DNA of 64,000 bases from Lama glama (taxonomy: Eukaryota). Location of the stretch: assembly GCA_028534125.1 (NCBI GenBank), contig CM052818.1, positions 42,596,001-42,660,000 on the forward strand. Reading direction: 5' to 3'. Below the pieces are notes generated by a model. It worked only from the letters and a program-made list of their open reading frames with translations. It was not told the origin of the DNA and did not search any database. Below, one piece after another: positions 49,153 to 62,689 of this stretch (its first letter is position 1; each line of letters opens with the position of its first letter). The translations under genes and the position numbers were made by a program.

Positions 49153-49610
49153 TGTAATAGCCAGAGTCCCAGGAGGAAACAGAATTCTATTTGGATGTGT
49201 CAACTGTAGAGATTTTGATAAAGTGATTATTTAAAAGCTTTCAGTAAAGTTAAGAGAATCAGGAAAGGTTGGGGCACCTAAGGACTAGTGTCAGTAGGAA
49301 GCTGTTCTCACCCACAGGCTTGAAGGGATAGAGTGAAGAAAGAATGTTCGAGGACTGCAGTGTGAACTGTAACTACGGAGGAGATGCTGCCTGGAAGGAA
49401 TGTAGCCACTTCTACTACGAAAGCTACTAAGATGGAAACAGGAGGGAGGAGAGCAGAGCTCCTCTTTCCTCCTCTTCTGATTTCTTATTGATGCCTCCCA
49501 TGGGCAGCAAGAGAACCCGGGTGATAACCCATTAAGGCAGGGCTCTGGGAGCACAGAGTAAAGCACATAAAGGTGGAGGATGAAACTGCTGACTGAAAGT
49601 GGAGAACAAC
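49153..49610 (-). mobile_element. LTR33-like ERVL LTR
   Basis: tgtaatagccagagtcccaggaggaaacaga...gcacctaaggactag..cagtaggaagctgtt..cacccacaggcttgaagggat...tgcctcccatgggc. Confidence 0.7.
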
Positions 49611-49677
49611 GTATGTTTCCTGCCAAAATTATGAGGCACAGTTAAGGCTGACCTCAAAAGCAAATTTATAGCCTTAA

Positions 49678-49708
<31 letters not shown>
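49678..49708 (+). repeat. (TA)n microsatellite
   Basis: atatatatatacatatatatatatatatata. Confidence 0.9.
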
Positions 49709-49709
<1 letters not shown>

Positions 49710-51169
49710 TTAAGACAAAAATAGAGGAATTATTACCCATCTTAAAACAGTGGAAAATATAACAAAAGAAACTAGGAAAAGGAAAATATTAAAGATGAAA
49801 GTTGGAGTAAATGATATAAAAAGCAAAACAGTAGCAGAAAGGATGTGTAAATCCAAAAGCAGTTCTCTTAAAAAAATATCAAAAAGTGGATGAAGGCCTT
49901 AGAAACCTGAAGAAGAAAAATAGAGACTAAAAATACTTAAAATTAGAACTGAAAAGGTAATAGCCCCATGTGTGGAAGAGAGTAAGAGGGACTATTTATT
50001 GCTTGCAGCCATTCTCTTACACATGAAACTTTTTCTTACAATATTCAAATTACCAAAGCTTTCTGGCAATTTGAATTTCACAAAATAACGCAAAATTCAA
50101 ATTACCAGAAGAAGTAGAAAACTTGAAGAATTCAGCTACTGTACCAAAAAGGAAGACATTCGAAAGAAGATTAATAATCAAAAATTTATAAAAAGCTTCA
50201 TGAGCAGTTTCACAGCTAATCTTTTTTTCAGCCTAATTCTTAGAGGATGGATGACCCTAAAGTTAATTAAATATCCCAGGCTTTAGAAAGTGATTTCTCC
50301 AATTCATTTAAAGAAGTGACCACAGTCTTAGAACTCAATCAGAAAGGACAAGAAATGAAAAAAAAAGCACAAATGTTAGACCAGTGCTAGGAATAATGCT
50401 GCTAGAAGTCCAAAGTGGCAAAAAATAGAATCCAAACAGACTATTTAAAGAAAAATATGCTATGACAAGGAAGGTTTATCCCCAGAATACAAAGATGGTT
50501 TGATGTTAGCCAAAACATTATTTATTACCTACACAAAATAAAAGAGAGAAAAAGATATTATCAGATCCATTGTTGCTGAAAAGACATTTGCTAAAGCTAA
50601 GCAGAACTTCCTAATTAAAGCTAAGTGAGCTAGGACTGAAGGAGTCTACATAAATACAATAACCATAAAGACAGTATAGTTTAAATATTTCATTTGTGTA
50701 GAGGAAGAAATGAAGTTCCAAGGGAGAGTTTTAAAAATTAGGCAGCAGTACAGGAGTGGAGCAGGGAGAACTCAGGTGTTCTGCATCATGTTAATCTATT
50801 TTCACTGCACAACTTCACCACAGTTGTAGGGCGTAATTTTGTTCATGCTTTATCCTGAAATTGCAACATTTTCTTGGTGTGACCTTGCGATGTTTTCATT
50901 TCTTTCTTTCTGTGATTCCCTCTGGGTGAGGCATGTGATGACTGCTGCCTGCAGTCCTGTCTTCTCTCTTTCCTATTCCCTCTGTATCTGTATGTGACCA
51001 TCTGAAAGCTTTATCGTGGAGAAGGAGGATTACTTACAGTAAAGTCATTGACTCATGCATGAGGAATGACCACCCATTCTGAGTTCATTTTCTTTAAAAA
51101 TGCTTTAATTGGGCATCTCCTGGGTTCTGTGTGGCATGTCAGGAAGTTGTAGCAGTCACTGATTAATTG

Positions 51170-51345
51170 GTTTGTCTCACAATGACACTGGGAGGAAGTA
51201 TCAGTCCCATTTTACAAAAGAGGAAACTGAGGTTTAATGAAATGTTGGGGAAATGGTTTTGGCCAGCAAATAGTTATCAGAGCTGGGATTTGAATCTATG
51301 TGACTTGATTCCAAATCCACTGCTTTTCATATCACATCACTGCTG
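51170..51345 (-). mobile_element. MIR SINE
   Basis: cccattttacaaaagaggaaactgaggtttaa...cagagctgggatttgaatctatgtgact. Confidence 0.8.
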
Positions 51346-51509
51346 CCTCTTGCCTCCTTGAGAATTACAGACAATTGCAGGACGTGGTGAAGGCAAAGGA
51401 GGTAAGGCCCCAGGTTCTCTCAATTGGAGACGTGCACTGGGAGGGTCCCAGGACTCTTCTAGAAACTGGATTCTGGGCAGGAATCATGGCCTTCCCCAAG
51501 TGAAGGGTG

Positions 51510-51730
51510 AGACATAGCTCTGGGATCAGGGAGTTCTGATTTACGCTATATTTCTGCTATTTACTAGGTAAGAATGTTTGGGTTACTCCCTCTGCTCTCT
51601 CACACTCAATTTCCTTATTCCTTAAATGGGGATGGCAGTGTCAATTTCACAGGTCGTTTTGAGGATTAAGATCCTGTAGGTAGAGTGTCTGGCACAATGC
51701 CTGCAGTTAGTGAATGCCTTCAACAAGTGT
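51510..51730 (+). mobile_element. MIR SINE
   Basis: tctgctatttactagg...ctcaatttccttatt..ttaaatgggga...ttttgaggattaa...gtgtctggcaca. Confidence 0.7.
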
Positions 51731-54700
51731 GCGTTCCTTTTCTTCAAACTAGGATGATCCACTCTTCCTACACTTATTTATTGAGGGGATTTGCTGTGTC
51801 AGATCCAGGTACCTGTACATGGAAGGAAATATTAGGCACCCTAGGAATACCTAATTGGTATTATCTTTTTGCTTCTCTCTTCCAGTGGCCATGAAGAACT
51901 AACCACAAATTTAGATGTGGCATATTTATGCTAATACAGCTATTTCAGACTTTTCTTTCCCTTCAGCTTCAAATCTCTCAGGGAGTAACTTACCAAGAAA
52001 GAAGGTGGTAATTTTTGCAGAAATTAGTAACTCCAATCCTTTTGTTCTGAAAAAAGATTTGCTACTATTAATCTTTTGTTTACAGATGAGTATTTGTGAA
52101 GCTGAAGTCTAGGCATTTTACACTTTGACTTCAGTGCCTGCTATTCTGAGAGAACATATTACCAACTACCACTAATACATTTTATAACTTTCAGCGAAAT
52201 AATTTTCAAGTTTTTATAGATAATACATAGGTAATACCTTTATCAGGAAAAAGTGCTGAAGACTGCTGAAAAAAAGTTAAAAATTGTAAAATATGCCACA
52301 TGCTAAGCATTGTGCTTTTTTCTCTAAGGCCATTTGCTGGTGTTAAGATAGGGTTTTTTTTTTTTTTTTCTATGTGGAAGATACGGAAATTTGTATCTTG
52401 CATCATGACACATTTCACTTCCTTGGCTAAAAACGGTTCATTATCTCTTTTGTAAGATGAATCTTCGGGCTCAAGAGGACAAAATCATTGGGGATGGCAG
52501 ATAAAGGATACATTTTTCTTTTCACAGTCTCCCCACGTGAGGGGAAATGATTCAGGAAAGATCAGTATTTGCATTTGCACACAGGTTTGTAATGCCTTTG
52601 GAAGACTACATGGTCAGGAGCTTGTACATTTCAAGTAAACTTGCTTAGTTAATTACTTCAAAACACATATTGTGGAATGATTTCAGTCTATTTAGAACCC
52701 ATGCTCACACGTAAGTACATACACATACTATGTTAACATCTTACCAATTTAAATATATTAGTTCAATTAATTGTTGTAGATGATTTCCTTGTAGTGAAAT
52801 GACTCCTAAGTTTATTGACCATCTCCTTTGTCCAGGTGATTGCAGGTATGTGTTTTCCTTACACCTTAGCCTGTCAGGTAATGTTCACGGTCTCCATTTA
52901 CAGATTTAGACCCTCAGGAGGGCTATGAAACATGGTCAGATTCACACATCTAGCAATGGGGGGAATTGCATTTCTAATCTCATGTAGATTCCACCGCCCC
53001 TCCTCTGACAAGCCTGGAAATGAAAGGCTTTTGTCTCGCAGGCCAGTGCATCTATTCTTCAACGCTCCTTGTGCAGTAAAACTGTGGGGATTCTGGATCT
53101 CTTTCTTGGATTTCTGGAAATCATAGGAATATGCATCAGTTACGAGCACTTATTTTGGTGTCAAGGGATTCTTTTAATCCCCCTGCTTCCACGGGATGTC
53201 CACCTGGGATATGGAGACTTTCAGCTTGGATTTTCATGCTCAAAGATGTGTTGAGTTAGTTGGTTTAGGCAGATATTTCCATTCAGAGTATTTATGGAAA
53301 ACCTTAGCAAAACCTGCTCTTTTCTCGACAGTGCTGTGTCAGTCTAAGTGGTGAATGAAGGCAGCCTTTGCTGAGCAGCTACAGTGTGTCAGGCAGCAAG
53401 TAGAGGCTGCATAGATGTGGAACTGGGTGCTGCTGCTCTTACCCACCAGATGTCCGAGCTATCACTATCAAATCACTATCAAACAGATCATCAAAATGAG
53501 CCATGAGAAAGGCCCCCAAAAATGCCCTAGGAATCAAAGGGTGATGGATGCACCTCTGTTAAGGAAGATGAGAAAATACTTCCTTAATTAGAATGTGTGA
53601 TGGACCTTAATGGAGTGAGTGAGATTTGCACAGCTGGTGTTGGAGGTCAACAAGACAGTCTGATCTGAGGTTGCTGTCCAAGCATGGACACAGAGGGAGG
53701 AAAGTGTAGGAACATTCATCGAAGAGCAAGCCTCTATCTGCCTGTAATTCTTGGCCTCTGTTCAGAGCTGTTCACTTGGAATGACCTCATACTCTACTTC
53801 CAAATCTTCCCTGGTTTTCCTGACTCTGACTTTGTAACTGATTTTCTCACTCATGTCTTCATGCTATTCTTTGGACCTCACACCCAGCTACACTTGTCTA
53901 GCTTTTTTTTTTTTTTAAGAATGAAACAGCCTTCTCCATCACTCACATTTTAGACTCTTCCTCTGTGTACTTGTAAATTTACCATCCAGGAAAAATCACT
54001 CATCTGGTCGAGCTCCATCCCCAGAATCTTACATCTCAGTACAAGTCTGCCTGATGTTATGCTCACTGGCCTCATTCCAGTCCTGTTAGAGAAAACTCAG
54101 TGAGCAGGTAAAGAGACAGCATTCTGGGACAGAGTGGCTGATTTAATACCTTTCAGTTGTCCAATTCTTTGAGAGAAGGAGTAGCCAGCAGGCCAGATTA
54201 TGGAAGGCTTTCCTAGCAGATGAGCAGTTTGCATTTGATTTTGTAGTCAAGAGAAGGCAAGGAAGATGTGTGAGCAGAGGAAAACATGGTTGGTATGGAG
54301 ACGGTGTGATGAATCGGGGAGTATGCAGTAGGCTAGACAGGGAATTAGCAGGAGAGGAGAGGAGAGGAGAGGAAGTGATGGATTCTAGAGATACGAGTCT
54401 AAAATGGATAAGATATAGTAATCAACTAAATGTTGAAAATGAGGCAGAGGGAAGACGCCAAGTTTCTCATTCTCCCAGTGGGCAGTGTTGCTGCCGTGAA
54501 CAGGCAAGCGAGATGCTGCTCCCCCGTGGGCTGCTCTGCTCCTGAGCCCTCCCTGCCCTGTGCTTTTCATAAGCTTCCCCTCACGTACAATCTTCAGAAG
54601 CAGGGGGCGTCCTAGATCATCTATCATTTAAAAGAGACCTCAATCCAGAGTACTCCGGTCAAGAGGATTATGAAATTTCATGGAGTTTCTAAGTCAGTCT

Positions 54701-55199
54701 GGCTATGACACATTTGTTTTCCTGCCAATCAGTTTAAGAAGGTTAAATTTCCTTTGGGGGCATGTTCATCTACCTATGTTTCAGTTCAGGTAAGACAAGG
54801 ACCCTGTCCTCCACTCCCTTCTGTTTTACCAAACTGTCCGCAGTTTTGCAGGGACTGTTGATCTCCCGATGGTCTGAACTTGTCTCGCTCTGAACCAGGA
54901 GAATGGCCCTCAGGCTCCAGAGATTAAAAATAGCTAATAGGACATTTATGCAGGCTGGGGATTCCACTAAGCTTTCATCACTTTCTTTATCTTTGTTGAA
55001 CACACTTTTCTCATGTTATCCTCCTGGGGCTTTGTCCTTTGAGGAAGGTGGTGGTGGTGGGGAAATGCATGGTGTTAGAGTCTGGGGAAGCCAGTGTGGA
55101 TTCTGGCTCAAGGTATGATGGGGGTGACGTGGAACTATTGCCTGAAGTTATTTTTATAGTATCAGTAGTTACACTTATTTATCTCACCTATACTCATGG

Positions 55200-55520
55200 G
55201 CTGTAGGCCTAGGCTAGGTACGAGTTATAGAGAAGGGGAAAAGACACAGCCTTTGCCTTCAGGCAACATACAGTCAATAAACAGACACAAGGACCGATCA
55301 TTACAAAGGCCCTGACGGAGTGATGCACAAGGCAGATGAGAAAGGCAAGCTGCAGGTTTGCCAGAAGCCTTCGTGTAGGAGGTAATTTGAACAGAATTGA
55401 ACTTAATTATTAAGGAATTAGGAAGAGAAAAGACATTTCTGGCAGAAGTAGCAGCCTGGGTGACAGCATAAAGGCTCAAGAGAATGGATCCATAGGGGAA
55501 TGGTGGCTCCTATGGATGAA
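55200..55520 (-). mobile_element. L2 LINE 3' fragment
   Basis: aagacacagcctttgccttcagg...agaagccttcgtgtaggaggtaatttgaac...acatttctggcagaag..cagc. Confidence 0.65.
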
Positions 55521-55749
55521 TGTACCATAGATTGTTGGGAGGGACAGGAAGACAGGACGAAGGACGGGAAGCGGGGCAGAGCTTGAGCCGGAGCCATCCT
55601 CTGGGGCCTGGCTGCCAAGCCCGTGGCTACCAGCCCGAGGAGTCGGGAGCTTGTCTGGAGGACAGTGAGAGCCGTGAAGTGTGACACACCAGGGATGACG
55701 ACAGCCTTTGTCATGAAACCTGATCTGGGCGGGGTTACCTGATCTCACA

Positions 55750-57020
55750 CCCACATCCTCCTGTCTCATTCCTTGCTTTTCTACGTAACAGACTTCTCAA
55801 AGGAAGCCGCTGGTTCTCTTTCATTCTTAATGCCCGTTCCACCCGCCCACCCATTCCAGTCTGTCTTCTGTTCCCATTTCAGTGAAACTGTTTTTGTTGG
55901 GATTACCAGATGTCATTCTAATGGGCCCTGCTTTGTTTTCATTTTCTTAGACCTTACAGCAATATTCCACGGCATTGTTACCTCCCTTCCTGATGGAGCT
56001 CCTTGGCTGCTCTGCCTACCTGTTCGACCCCTCCTACCTCACTGGCTTTCACTTCTCCAATTTCTTTGCATGCTCTTTTTCCTGACTTCTGAATGTAAGA
56101 GCACTCCAAGGCTCAGCCTTGGACACCTTCTTTCATTTGAAAATCTTTCTCTAGGAGATTTCATCTACAACCCTGATTTTAAATACCATTTGTATATCAA
56201 TGAATCCCAGATTCATGTCTCTGGTCCTGTACACTGAACTCCAAACTCATCAATCCCACTGCCTTTTAGACGTCCTCCTGTGGGTGTGTAACACATCAAA
56301 ACACAGTTCTTGACTCTACCTCCTCATTCATGCTTTTAGTGTTCCGTATCTCAGAAGAGGACACTACTATCTACCTGATGCTTCAATCCCCAGGCCTAAG
56401 TGTTGATATAGTCCTTAATTTTCTTTCCTTCTCTCACTCTGTATATCCTCTCCATTAGCAAATCTGTTCATTCTACTTTTATTTAAAAAAAAATTTAAGA
56501 GCAGTTTTTAATTCACAGCAAAATTAAGGGGAGGCTACAGAGATTTCCTGTATACTCTCTGCTCCCGTATGTGCATGGCCTCTCCATTTATCACCATCCG
56601 CCACCAGACTGGTTCCTTTGTTACAACTGATGAACCTACATTGACATTATAATCACCCAGAGCCCATCGTTGACAGTAGGGTTCACTCTTGGTGTTGTAC
56701 GTTCTATGGGTTTAGACTATCTTTACTCTTATGTCTACGTGGCTGAATTCTCTCCCCATTCAGCTCGAATTGCATGTCTTCTGTGACACCTTCCCCAGTT
56801 ATGCTACTAAAAGTGATCTTCTACCTTCTTTCCGTCTGTCACTCTCTTTATTTCCCTCATAGCACTTGTTAGTATCAAAATTTTATTTATTTTTGTATTA
56901 TATGCCTCCTCCCTTTGGAGTTTAAGCTTCTAAGGAAGAGCTCTGGCTGTCTTTCTCACCACAATATCCTTGGTGCTAGACCAGGGCATGCACATCATAG
57001 GTGCACAATAAATTTTTGTT
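55750..57020 (+). mobile_element. L2 LINE with decayed RT region and 3' end, split by an L1MC insertion
   Basis: ORF 55773-56237 contains HPFQSVFCSHFSETVF...FIFLDLTAIF, resembling the L2 RT motif QSGFRPHHSTETAL...LLDLSAAF. The 3' end reads cacatcataggtgcacaataaatttttg. Confidence 0.8.
56477..56717 (-). mobile_element. L1MC-type 3' end
   Basis: agagcagtttttaattcacagcaaaatt...tacagagatttcc...tttgttacaactgatgaacctacattgaca...agggttcactcttggtgttgtacgttctatgggttt. Confidence 0.88.
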
Positions 57021-58639
57021 TACACACATGCAAAAGGATGTCTCATCGCTCAATTCTCTATGGCACATTTTTAAGATAAACATTGACATAGAAGAGAGTT
57101 TCTCATCTTTCCCCACCCCTCATCCTATCCTGCCCTTCGCTGTTCCTGAGCTGAGTGCCCACAGTTCTGATGTGGTCAGGTTGTGGGGCGTGTTATCCAG
57201 CGAGTGTGCACAGGGGTGGCTCTTCTTTCTACTGCAGATGGAGCCTCTCAGTCTCTCTCCTCACCTGCTGCTCTGTTCCAGCCTCACGGTCAGACTCTGG
57301 TGCTGGTGTGAGTCAGGTTTATGGTGAAGAAACAGTTCCCAGAGTCCTTTAGGGTCCTTCATATTCTGGCTTTGTTTGCAACACAGCTTTGTGCTGACAT
57401 CTGAGCAGAAGCCTAACTTTTTGTGAAAAATGGTACTTTGATTCATCTTTGAATGAAGCCTGCAATTATGGAGAGAATGCCTCGCAGGGCCAAGGTAGGC
57501 TTGGGCATCCTAGACCCTGAAGGATCTGTGTTCTCTGCTGCCAAGAGTCCTCCCATCTGCCTCTGGGTGATTGTACAACGTTCTGCTTTCATGTTGTATT
57601 TAAATTCCTTCATGTCTAGTATCTAGCTTTTAGGGGGAGGGTGGAAATCTCCTAAGAGGTTGACCTGTTCATCCATGGAAATGGTGCCTGTAGTGATGGA
57701 GCTGGTGTTAGGATTCTTGGCTCTAAATCTAAGTGACTTTTTTGCCCCCAACATTCTGCCCATTGCCTGTGTGCCAGGAATCACTTCCTAGGTTTTTTTT
57801 TTTCCCCCACAGGGGTCAGCACTGTGTTAATTTCCCAGTGCAGAGCAATTTTGACTTAAGTATCTATGTTGATGAATTACCTTGTACATCTTACACGTTA
57901 AAAGGAGGCAAGAGAAATTGCAAACACAAAACATTAAAATGTTTGAAAGACATTGTTCAGATTAAGTGAACGAAATATAAACTGCAACACTAATACTAAC
58001 TTTGCACTACATGTGTTTCGTATCATCCTATCCTCACTGTCTGAGTTAGAAATATAATGAAGATGCTTTCTGGAGAAAATATGGACACATTTGCAAAGGA
58101 AAAGAGAATGCTTATCAAGAAGAGACGTGTATACACCTTGTAGCCTCTTTTCATGTTCTTCATCCGGACTACGCACCAAAATTACCATGTCTTTCAAAAG
58201 AATCTTTAATATGTAAATATGAAATTAGGCAGATGCTGAAGCTGACATATTTCACACACATTCTGTCATTATATACATTGTCACTGCTGTGCTGAGGCCT
58301 CCTACCGCCCCTTGAGAAATCTAATTTTAGATTTTACGTAGGCAAATATTATTACCAGGAGATGCAGGGCGGTTCACGTGAACAATAAAATAATAAAAAT
58401 GCGGAAGGGCAGCTGAAGATAAGCAGGTGGCACTGATGTGTCTGCCTCTCTGGACGGAGCACCAGAGCACATTTTTGCATTTTTTAACACTATTCATTAA
58501 CAAAAATATGTCAGACTCGTGCTATAAGCGTGTCATTTGTTAATGGCTTATTCTGTCTCTGGGAAAGGCATAGCTCTCCCTCATAACCTTCTGGGCGGAA
58601 ATTAAAGAAAAAGTATGGCTCTCAGGAGTATGTATTTAG

Positions 58640-58910
58640 GCTGATGGGGCCCATGGCGGGCCCTCCCCCGCAAAGTGTGCCTCGTGGCATATTGATTACT
58701 TTGAATTAAAGTTACTTAGGAAGTGGCCAACATGAGAGGGACACTGTGACTCTCCTTTCTGTCCCCCTAAAAGCAAGAAACAAACCTCCCACGTGAAAAG
58801 CACTCCCTGTGTCTGGGGGTAGAAGACGCCCTTATTACCAGAAATAAGGGATTTGGGCTGAGAACCCTACGTTAACAAACCTTGTTATTTATTTAAATTA
58901 CTACCCCCAG
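58640..58910 (+). mobile_element. ERV1 LTR fragment (MER34/MER39-like)
   Basis: tggcatattgattactttgaattaaagttactta...aaacctcccacgtgaaa...cttattaccagaaatag-like...aacaaaccttgtta. Confidence 0.6.
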
Positions 58911-59889
58911 TCTAGAGTGAGAGAAATCTAGAGTGATCAGAGGAGGAGCTTGGGGTGTACCAGCTGTGACCCTCTGCAACCAGGTGTGGAGGTAGAGACT
59001 AGTAACCAGTTAAAATCCTGGAGCACTTAAAACATAAGTGAGGGAGTAAGGAACATTGATGGAGTAGGGGTGAAGCCAGTGATGGCTGCATTTAGAGCTG
59101 GGTACCACTGTAGGTGACCGTGGCTCAGTCCTGCTAGAGACTTCCTGAATGACCATTTAGAATATACCTTGGAATTATCCAACTGAGAAATGGGAAATGG
59201 AAGTATTTTCCACATAGTCTAGATGCATTAGATCTCTAGCACTTCTGGACAACCCTGCACAAGGGCTGGGTGCCATCCCAATTTCTGGGGGATGTCCTCA
59301 GTGAAGAGGCAGAAAGACGCATATGCTTGAGGTAGCAACCTGTCGGCAGGCATGGGAGTCAACAGCAACAACATTTAACCTACTAGATAATTTGCTTACT
59401 TCATTTTTTGTCTCCTTCTACTAGCTGTGGGGACATGAAGGCAGAGTCTGGTTTGTAAGCACCATCTCTAGAAATCTGTCCATCCTCAGTCTCTACTATA
59501 AGGCGAGGCATGATTTTATAGTTTGCAGACTTATTAGAACCAAATGAAGGTGGTGAGGAATACTTTTCCAAAGGAAGAAAGATGGAAAGTGGTTTAATCT
59601 GACATCAGTGCCCTTCGGTGGCAGATGCCCGGATGCCGGCCTTGGGTCTCATGGGGTGCTTTCATGACATCTTCACAAACACACTTCTGATGTAGCGCAA
59701 CTGCTGGCTAGGGCATTGTGCCCTCTGCCTGACCTTTCAGAGGTCACTCTCTTCAGCCTCTTTGAACCCCTCTGTGATCTGACATGAGTCATTTCCAGGA
59801 TGAAAGAAAGCAAAATGTCAAAAGTGTCCATAGTATCCTATAAAGATGGGGGACATAAGAAATTGTGATGTACCTGCTCACTAGCGCCT

Positions 59890-60015
59890 TGTGACCCAAA
59901 CTGGAGCTTAGGCAAAAGGTAAAATAGATACACGTGGCTCTAACAGAAGCAAACTCATGAATAATACTTTCAAGATCTTTTTCTATTTTCAAGTTATTCT
60001 CAGTAATTTTCATGT
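59890..60015 (-). mobile_element. Possible hAT (Tip100-like) transposase C-terminal remnant
   Basis: Minus translation KIEKDLESIIHEFASVRA resembles the end of the hAT dimerisation domain (..SIE....D...II..FA..KAR). Confidence 0.4.
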
Positions 60016-60199
60016 GGGTCTTCCCACAGTGAAACTTCAGTTATTTTCAACAAATCCTATTACTGTCCTGTTAAAATCCAAAATTAAAATAGCTACTTCA
60101 AACATAATTACCTGATCAAGGAGCCCTGTAGGAACAAATACCACCGTTAATCTGGATCCCTGACTGTCTCGACCAGAATGGGTACGTGGCTTGGTCAGC

Positions 60200-60330
60200 A
60201 GATCAAAAGCTTTGGAACCAGATCCATGTGGATTTAGCTTCCAGCTTTGCTATTTATAAGCAGTAACGTTAGGCAAGTGTCTTAACTTCTCTGACCTCCA
60301 ATTTCCTTAATTGTGAAATAAAGCTAATAA
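60200..60330 (+). mobile_element. MIR SINE
   Basis: gctttggaaccaga...ccagctttgctatttataagcag..acgttaggcaagtgtcttaacttctctgacctc. Confidence 0.75.
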
Positions 60331-62689
60331 TTGAGATACTCCAAGTAAAACACACAGTGATGCCTGGTGTGTAGTGGGTGGGTGCCTGTCCTCAAGGTCT
60401 AGAAATGAACAGTGTGGAATGAGAAGTCTTTGGTTTGAATCCCAGCTCGCTTGGTTGATCACAGACATGCTTTTTTTTTTTTTCCTTTTTCTGTGCCTCT
60501 GCGCAGCTGTCCTGATGACTAGCAAAGAAAACAGTAGTCCTGGGAACGTAGTCTGTGGTGTAATAATGAACTTCCCTTTTCATGTTTTAAAAATATGTGC
60601 AAGCACCTTTAAGAAAAATGTGTAAACCAAACAGGTAGAAACAGGGTTCTTCCTTTATAGGAGCAATCTCAGGAGACAGAGAAGGAAAAATAACATCTCA
60701 CTTATTTTCAGAACACAATCATGTGCACGATCTTGAAAGTGTCCTAATGAATGATAAGGACTACTCCTTACTTTCACCCACTTGTCAGTTTGCAAAGCAC
60801 TTTCCCGTGCGTGCCGCCCGCTGCTCGCAGATGCTTGCTGATCTATTCGGTGGAGGAGCCACGGTGGACATCGGAAAACACCACATTCAAAAAAAGACTC
60901 TGCCAAATGAAGATGTTTGCCCTTGGCTGGCTCTTGAGGTAGAGCGCTTATATATTTATTCTTCTAGGCTAGTCGCTCAGGTCTTCCCCCAAGAGATGGC
61001 TGACTCCATGCTTCCTTGGACTTTTCCTATTGTTTGCACACATCCTGTAATTAATCAACCAATCTGTAACCCTTCATCTCTCCTGAGCCAAAGAAACAAA
61101 GCTGTCAAGAAACGTTTTCGACGGCTCTCTATTCAGAAAGTTGCTATGGCTCAGTGCAGATTTTATTGACTCCTGGAACGTGGGCAGCAAAGGCTGGCTT
61201 CCTGACCTCGCCATAGACAAGTCTGTAAACTCCACTGAATGATAGATCAACTCGTTTCATTTACCTGGTAGAAGGTTTTATTTGCCGCTCTTTAGCTCTG
61301 ACAGTTTATTCTGTTTGCTTTTCATTTCTTAGCATCGCTTATAACCCATTCAAGGATCTTTCTGGTGTAAAATTCTATGGTGTTTCTGCGACTAAAACGG
61401 TCCAGTGTATATCATTATTATTGCTCTGAGTGTCGCAGTTATACCTATGACTTGTTAGTAGCCTCTTAGCATCGGCGTTCTCCAGGGCCATTTCCGAATT
61501 CTGTGGCTATCATTGAAATGCTAAGCCAAGGTCCATCTCGGATAATCTATTTTTTTGTGGTTCAAATGAATATCGACTCGAGTTGTTGGTCGTCATTAAA
61601 TCTGCTTAGCAGGATTTTTTCAGAAAGATCCTGTTGCCTCAAGAGGAAGTCCTGCACCCGCAGTGGTCAATTTTCAGCCGCATCACCTCATTTGACCATT
61701 ACGTTTTAATCAGTCCATGATGAAGTGGAATGAGTGAGGAGAATAGTTGACTAGGTACCTGGAAACACGGATTCCACTTAGACTCGTGCCACTTCAGAGA
61801 TAAGAGCTCTTTGGCAAGTCATTTAACATCTCTGGAAGTTGGCTCTTGGATTAACAAACTCAAAGGGAAATTTCTAGATTAATATCCATAAGTATACTGC
61901 TATTATTATTCCTATTGTCACGTATTCAAGGCTTATTTGCATTAGCAATTGATAACAAATCAGTAACCAAACATGTCTGTCTCACTGCAATAGGAATCAA
62001 TTGAGAAACAGACAAAGGAGACCGACAGCTGGGGACAAAATTATTACTCGTATGACAGGGTTGAGGACATGGGTTGATCTCTAACTAGAGTTGGTCTTCT
62101 TATTATCCACTTGACTAAAGCCCCCGGAGCAGCTGGCCACTCACTGCAAGGGCACAGCCCGCACTGTTAAGCTGTCCCGTAGATTCCTCCTGCCCTCCTA
62201 TGCCTCCCCCACCCCCCCCGAAGCCACCGCCACAACTGCTCACACTGAAATACAGGCGAAAACTGTATCCATACCAATGACGTGTAACGTTAGTATCACA
62301 GAACAAGGGGGAGGCAGTTAGAGTTGCTAGTGTTCTGCGCCCTCCCCTCCCCTCGCACCACTTCACAGATGGGGAAGCTGATGCCCAGAGAGGCGAGAGT
62401 GACTTACCAAGCTCGAGAATAGTGAAGAAGCAGCGAAACAGAGGGAGGTGGTTTCTGTTTACCGTTAACGCAGAGACCCTCATTGGAGGAAATCCACCTA
62501 CAGAGGGACAGTGAATAACTCAGGTGACAGCGGAGCTGCTCTGAGTGCAGTGGGGTGGGAGCCCAAAGGCACATGCTGTGCGCCTGTCTCCCAGGGCAGG
62601 TCCTTGAGGAGGTGTCCTGAACAGGGGCATCGATGACTGTAACATTTCCAGCAGCCCCCTATGTCTAACAACAACAAGACCTAACCCCC

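Larger units (their letters stand above)
49030..50680 (+). mobile_element. Ancient L1M ORF2 remnant, interrupted by an LTR
   Basis: A-rich decayed ORF2 motifs (gcaaatttatagccttaaat; aaatccaaaagcagttctctt; tttatccccagaatacaaagatggttt; gctgaaaagacatttg). Confidence 0.7.

Noticed and set aside
57791..57860. Strong plus-strand acceptor (t-run cccccacag|g)
   Set aside because: No good donor follows, and poly(T) tracts often mimic acceptors.
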